A stretch of DNA of 46,722 bases from an uncultured Bryobacterales bacterium (GTDB lineage: Bacteria; Acidobacteriota; Terriglobia; Bryobacterales; UBA6623), in contig CAYOPA010000002.1 in assembly GCA_964405625.1 (NCBI GenBank), positions 1-46,722 on the forward strand, given 5' to 3'. Below the pieces are notes generated by a model that did no database searches, was not told the origin of the DNA, and saw only the letters and a program-made list of their open reading frames with translations. Positions 45,314 to 46,722 of this stretch are shown here, in pieces. A program made the translations under genes and the position numbers. Positions within the stretch are counted from its first letter, which is position 1, and every line of letters starts with the position of its first letter.

Positions 45314-46722
45314 TTGCGGGCCAAACCGATCGTCACCGCCGCTGAAGCCGTCGGCATGATTCCTGACGGCGCCGCCATCGCCGTGGGGGGCGCCGGGGCC
45401 GGGCACGCGCTGCCGGATCTGCTGCTGAGAGCGCTCGGCGACCGCTTCCGCTCGACCGGCTCGCCTGATGCATCCCTTCGGCGTCGGCAACGCCAAGACG
45501 CTCGGCCTGGAGCATGTCGCCGAACCGAAAATGCTCCGGCGCGTGGTCGGCGGGCACTGGTCGCTGGCGCCGACGATGGCCCGACTGGCCGCCGAGAACG
45601 CCTTTGAGGCCTACTGCCTGCCCGCCGGGGTGATCGTCCAGCTTTTCCACACGGCCGCCGCCGGCAGCCCCGGCTGGATGACGCACGTCGGCCTGAAGAC
45701 ATTCGTCGATCCGCGGCTGCAAGGCGGCAAGCTCAACGCAAAAGCCCGGCTGGACCTGGTCGAGCTGGTCGAGCGCGACGGCAAGGAGTGGCTCTTCTAC
45801 CCGACTATCCCGATCGACGTGGCGCTAGTTCAGGCCTGGACGGCCGACACGGCAGGCAATCTGTCCATGAACGGCGCCCCCGCCCCGTGGCACAACTGCG
45901 CCATGGCGCAGGCGGCCAAGGCGTCCGGCGGGCTGACGCTGGCAGTAGCGCGCGAGATCGTCCCGACGGGTTCGATCCATCCGCGCGACGTGCGGACGCC
46001 GGGCTGTTTTGTGGACGCGTTGGTGATCGATCCGAACCACGGCCAGACGTTCTTGACGGACTTTGACCCGACATATTCCGGCGACGCTCGCAAGCCGGAG
46101 AGCGAGTTTGTGCCGTTCCCGTTCAGCGTGCGCAAGGCGATTGCGCGGCGGGCGGCGCTGGAGCTCGAAGAAGGGGCGGTGATCAATGTCGGTTTCGGCC
46201 TGCCGGACGGGGTGATCGCCGTGGCGCGCGAGCAGGGCTTTGCCGACACGATTCAGACGACCATCGAGCACGGCCAGTTTGGCGGAGTGCCTGCGCCGGG
46301 GCTGGAGTTCGGCGCGGTGTGGAACCCCGACGCCATCGTGGAGACCGGCCACATGTTCGACTTCTACCACGGCCGGGGCGTGGACGAGACCTACCTTGGT
46401 TTTTTGCAGATCGACCGCGCGGGCAACGTGAACGTCAGCCAGTTGGGCGACAAGATCGTGGGCGTGGGCGGCTTTATCGACATCTCGCAGAAAGCCAAGA
46501 AAGCGGTGTTTTGCGGGACGCTATCGGTGCGGGCCGAGGTGGAGATCGCGGACGGCAGGGTGCGGTATTTGCGGCATGGCTCGCCGAAGCTGGTGGAACG
46601 GGTGGCGCAGATTACCTTTAGCGCCGAGTACGCCCGCGAGACGGGTCAGCAGGTGGTGTATGTTACCGAGGCGGCGGTGTTCCGATTGGGGAGCGACGGG
46701 GAGATTGAGCTCACCGAGCTGG
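45314..46722 (+). pseudogene. YdiF-like family I acyl-CoA:acetate/3-ketoacid CoA-transferase, frameshifted near 45465 and running off the 3' window edge
   Basis: The N-terminus KPIVTAAEAVGMIPDGAAIAVGGAGAGHALPDLLLRALGDRFRSTGSP is in the frame starting at TTG 45314. From 45468 the next frame reads MHPFGVGNAKTLGLEHV...GGHWSLAP...YCLPAGV...THVGLKTFVDPRLQGGKLN...VINVGFGLPDG...TIEHGQFGG...DFYHGRGVD...GVGGFIDISQKAKK... with no stop to nt 46722. This ORF is absent from the track because it has no stop. Confidence 0.7.

Noticed and set aside
1-46722. Scan for tRNA T-loop cores (GGTTCGAATCC-like), CRISPR-style spaced direct repeats, and IS terminal repeats or transposase/integrase ORFs
   Set aside because: The only GGTTCGA-like matches fall inside coding sequence (e.g. 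45966-45972) without cloverleaf context. No spaced repeat arrays or mobile-element genes were recognised by eye.

Overview
GC-rich bacterial chromosomal segment with about 45 supportable features. A PEP-CTERM protein, a giant BNR + NHL protein ending in a Solibacter-type (TIGR03437-like) C-terminal domain, and several Tat-exported enzymes suggest Acidobacteriota (Solibacter/Bryobacter-like); this is inference only. Most of the window is housekeeping: lepA, xylB plus a ROK kinase, a complete nqrABCDEF-apbE operon (minus strand, 31.6-38.6 kb) with a displaced nqrM, accD-folC-plsC, a lytic transglycosylase + amidase pair, an RRM RNA-binding protein, a radical SAM enzyme, a TonB-dependent receptor, thiS and a MerR regulator. 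I found no rRNA, tRNA, CRISPR array, transposase, integrase or phage genes, and no convincing multi-gene novel system. The strongest non-obvious signal is a recoding event. Two adjacent ORFs (8163-8681, minus) are one secreted Bcp/PrxQ-type peroxiredoxin whose peroxidatic Cys codon is an in-frame TGA followed by a SECIS-like hairpin, making it a candidate selenoprotein. Two more genes are interrupted: a Tat-exported DHDPS-family aldolase has one in-frame TGA, and a YdiF-like CoA-transferase has a frameshift and runs off the 3' edge, so the ORF track misses it. Other observations: a 5'-truncated STAND/NACHT-HEAT-FGE-sulfatase fusion at the left edge, three families of REP-like GC-rich palindromes in intergenic regions, an uncharacterised wHTH-AAA+ ATPase, a solitary RHH antitoxin-like gene, a solitary ThiS-like gene, and Tat signals on normally cytoplasmic enzyme families. 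Many long ORFs in the track are antisense shadows or spurious N-terminal extensions typical of high-GC DNA and were trimmed or rejected.
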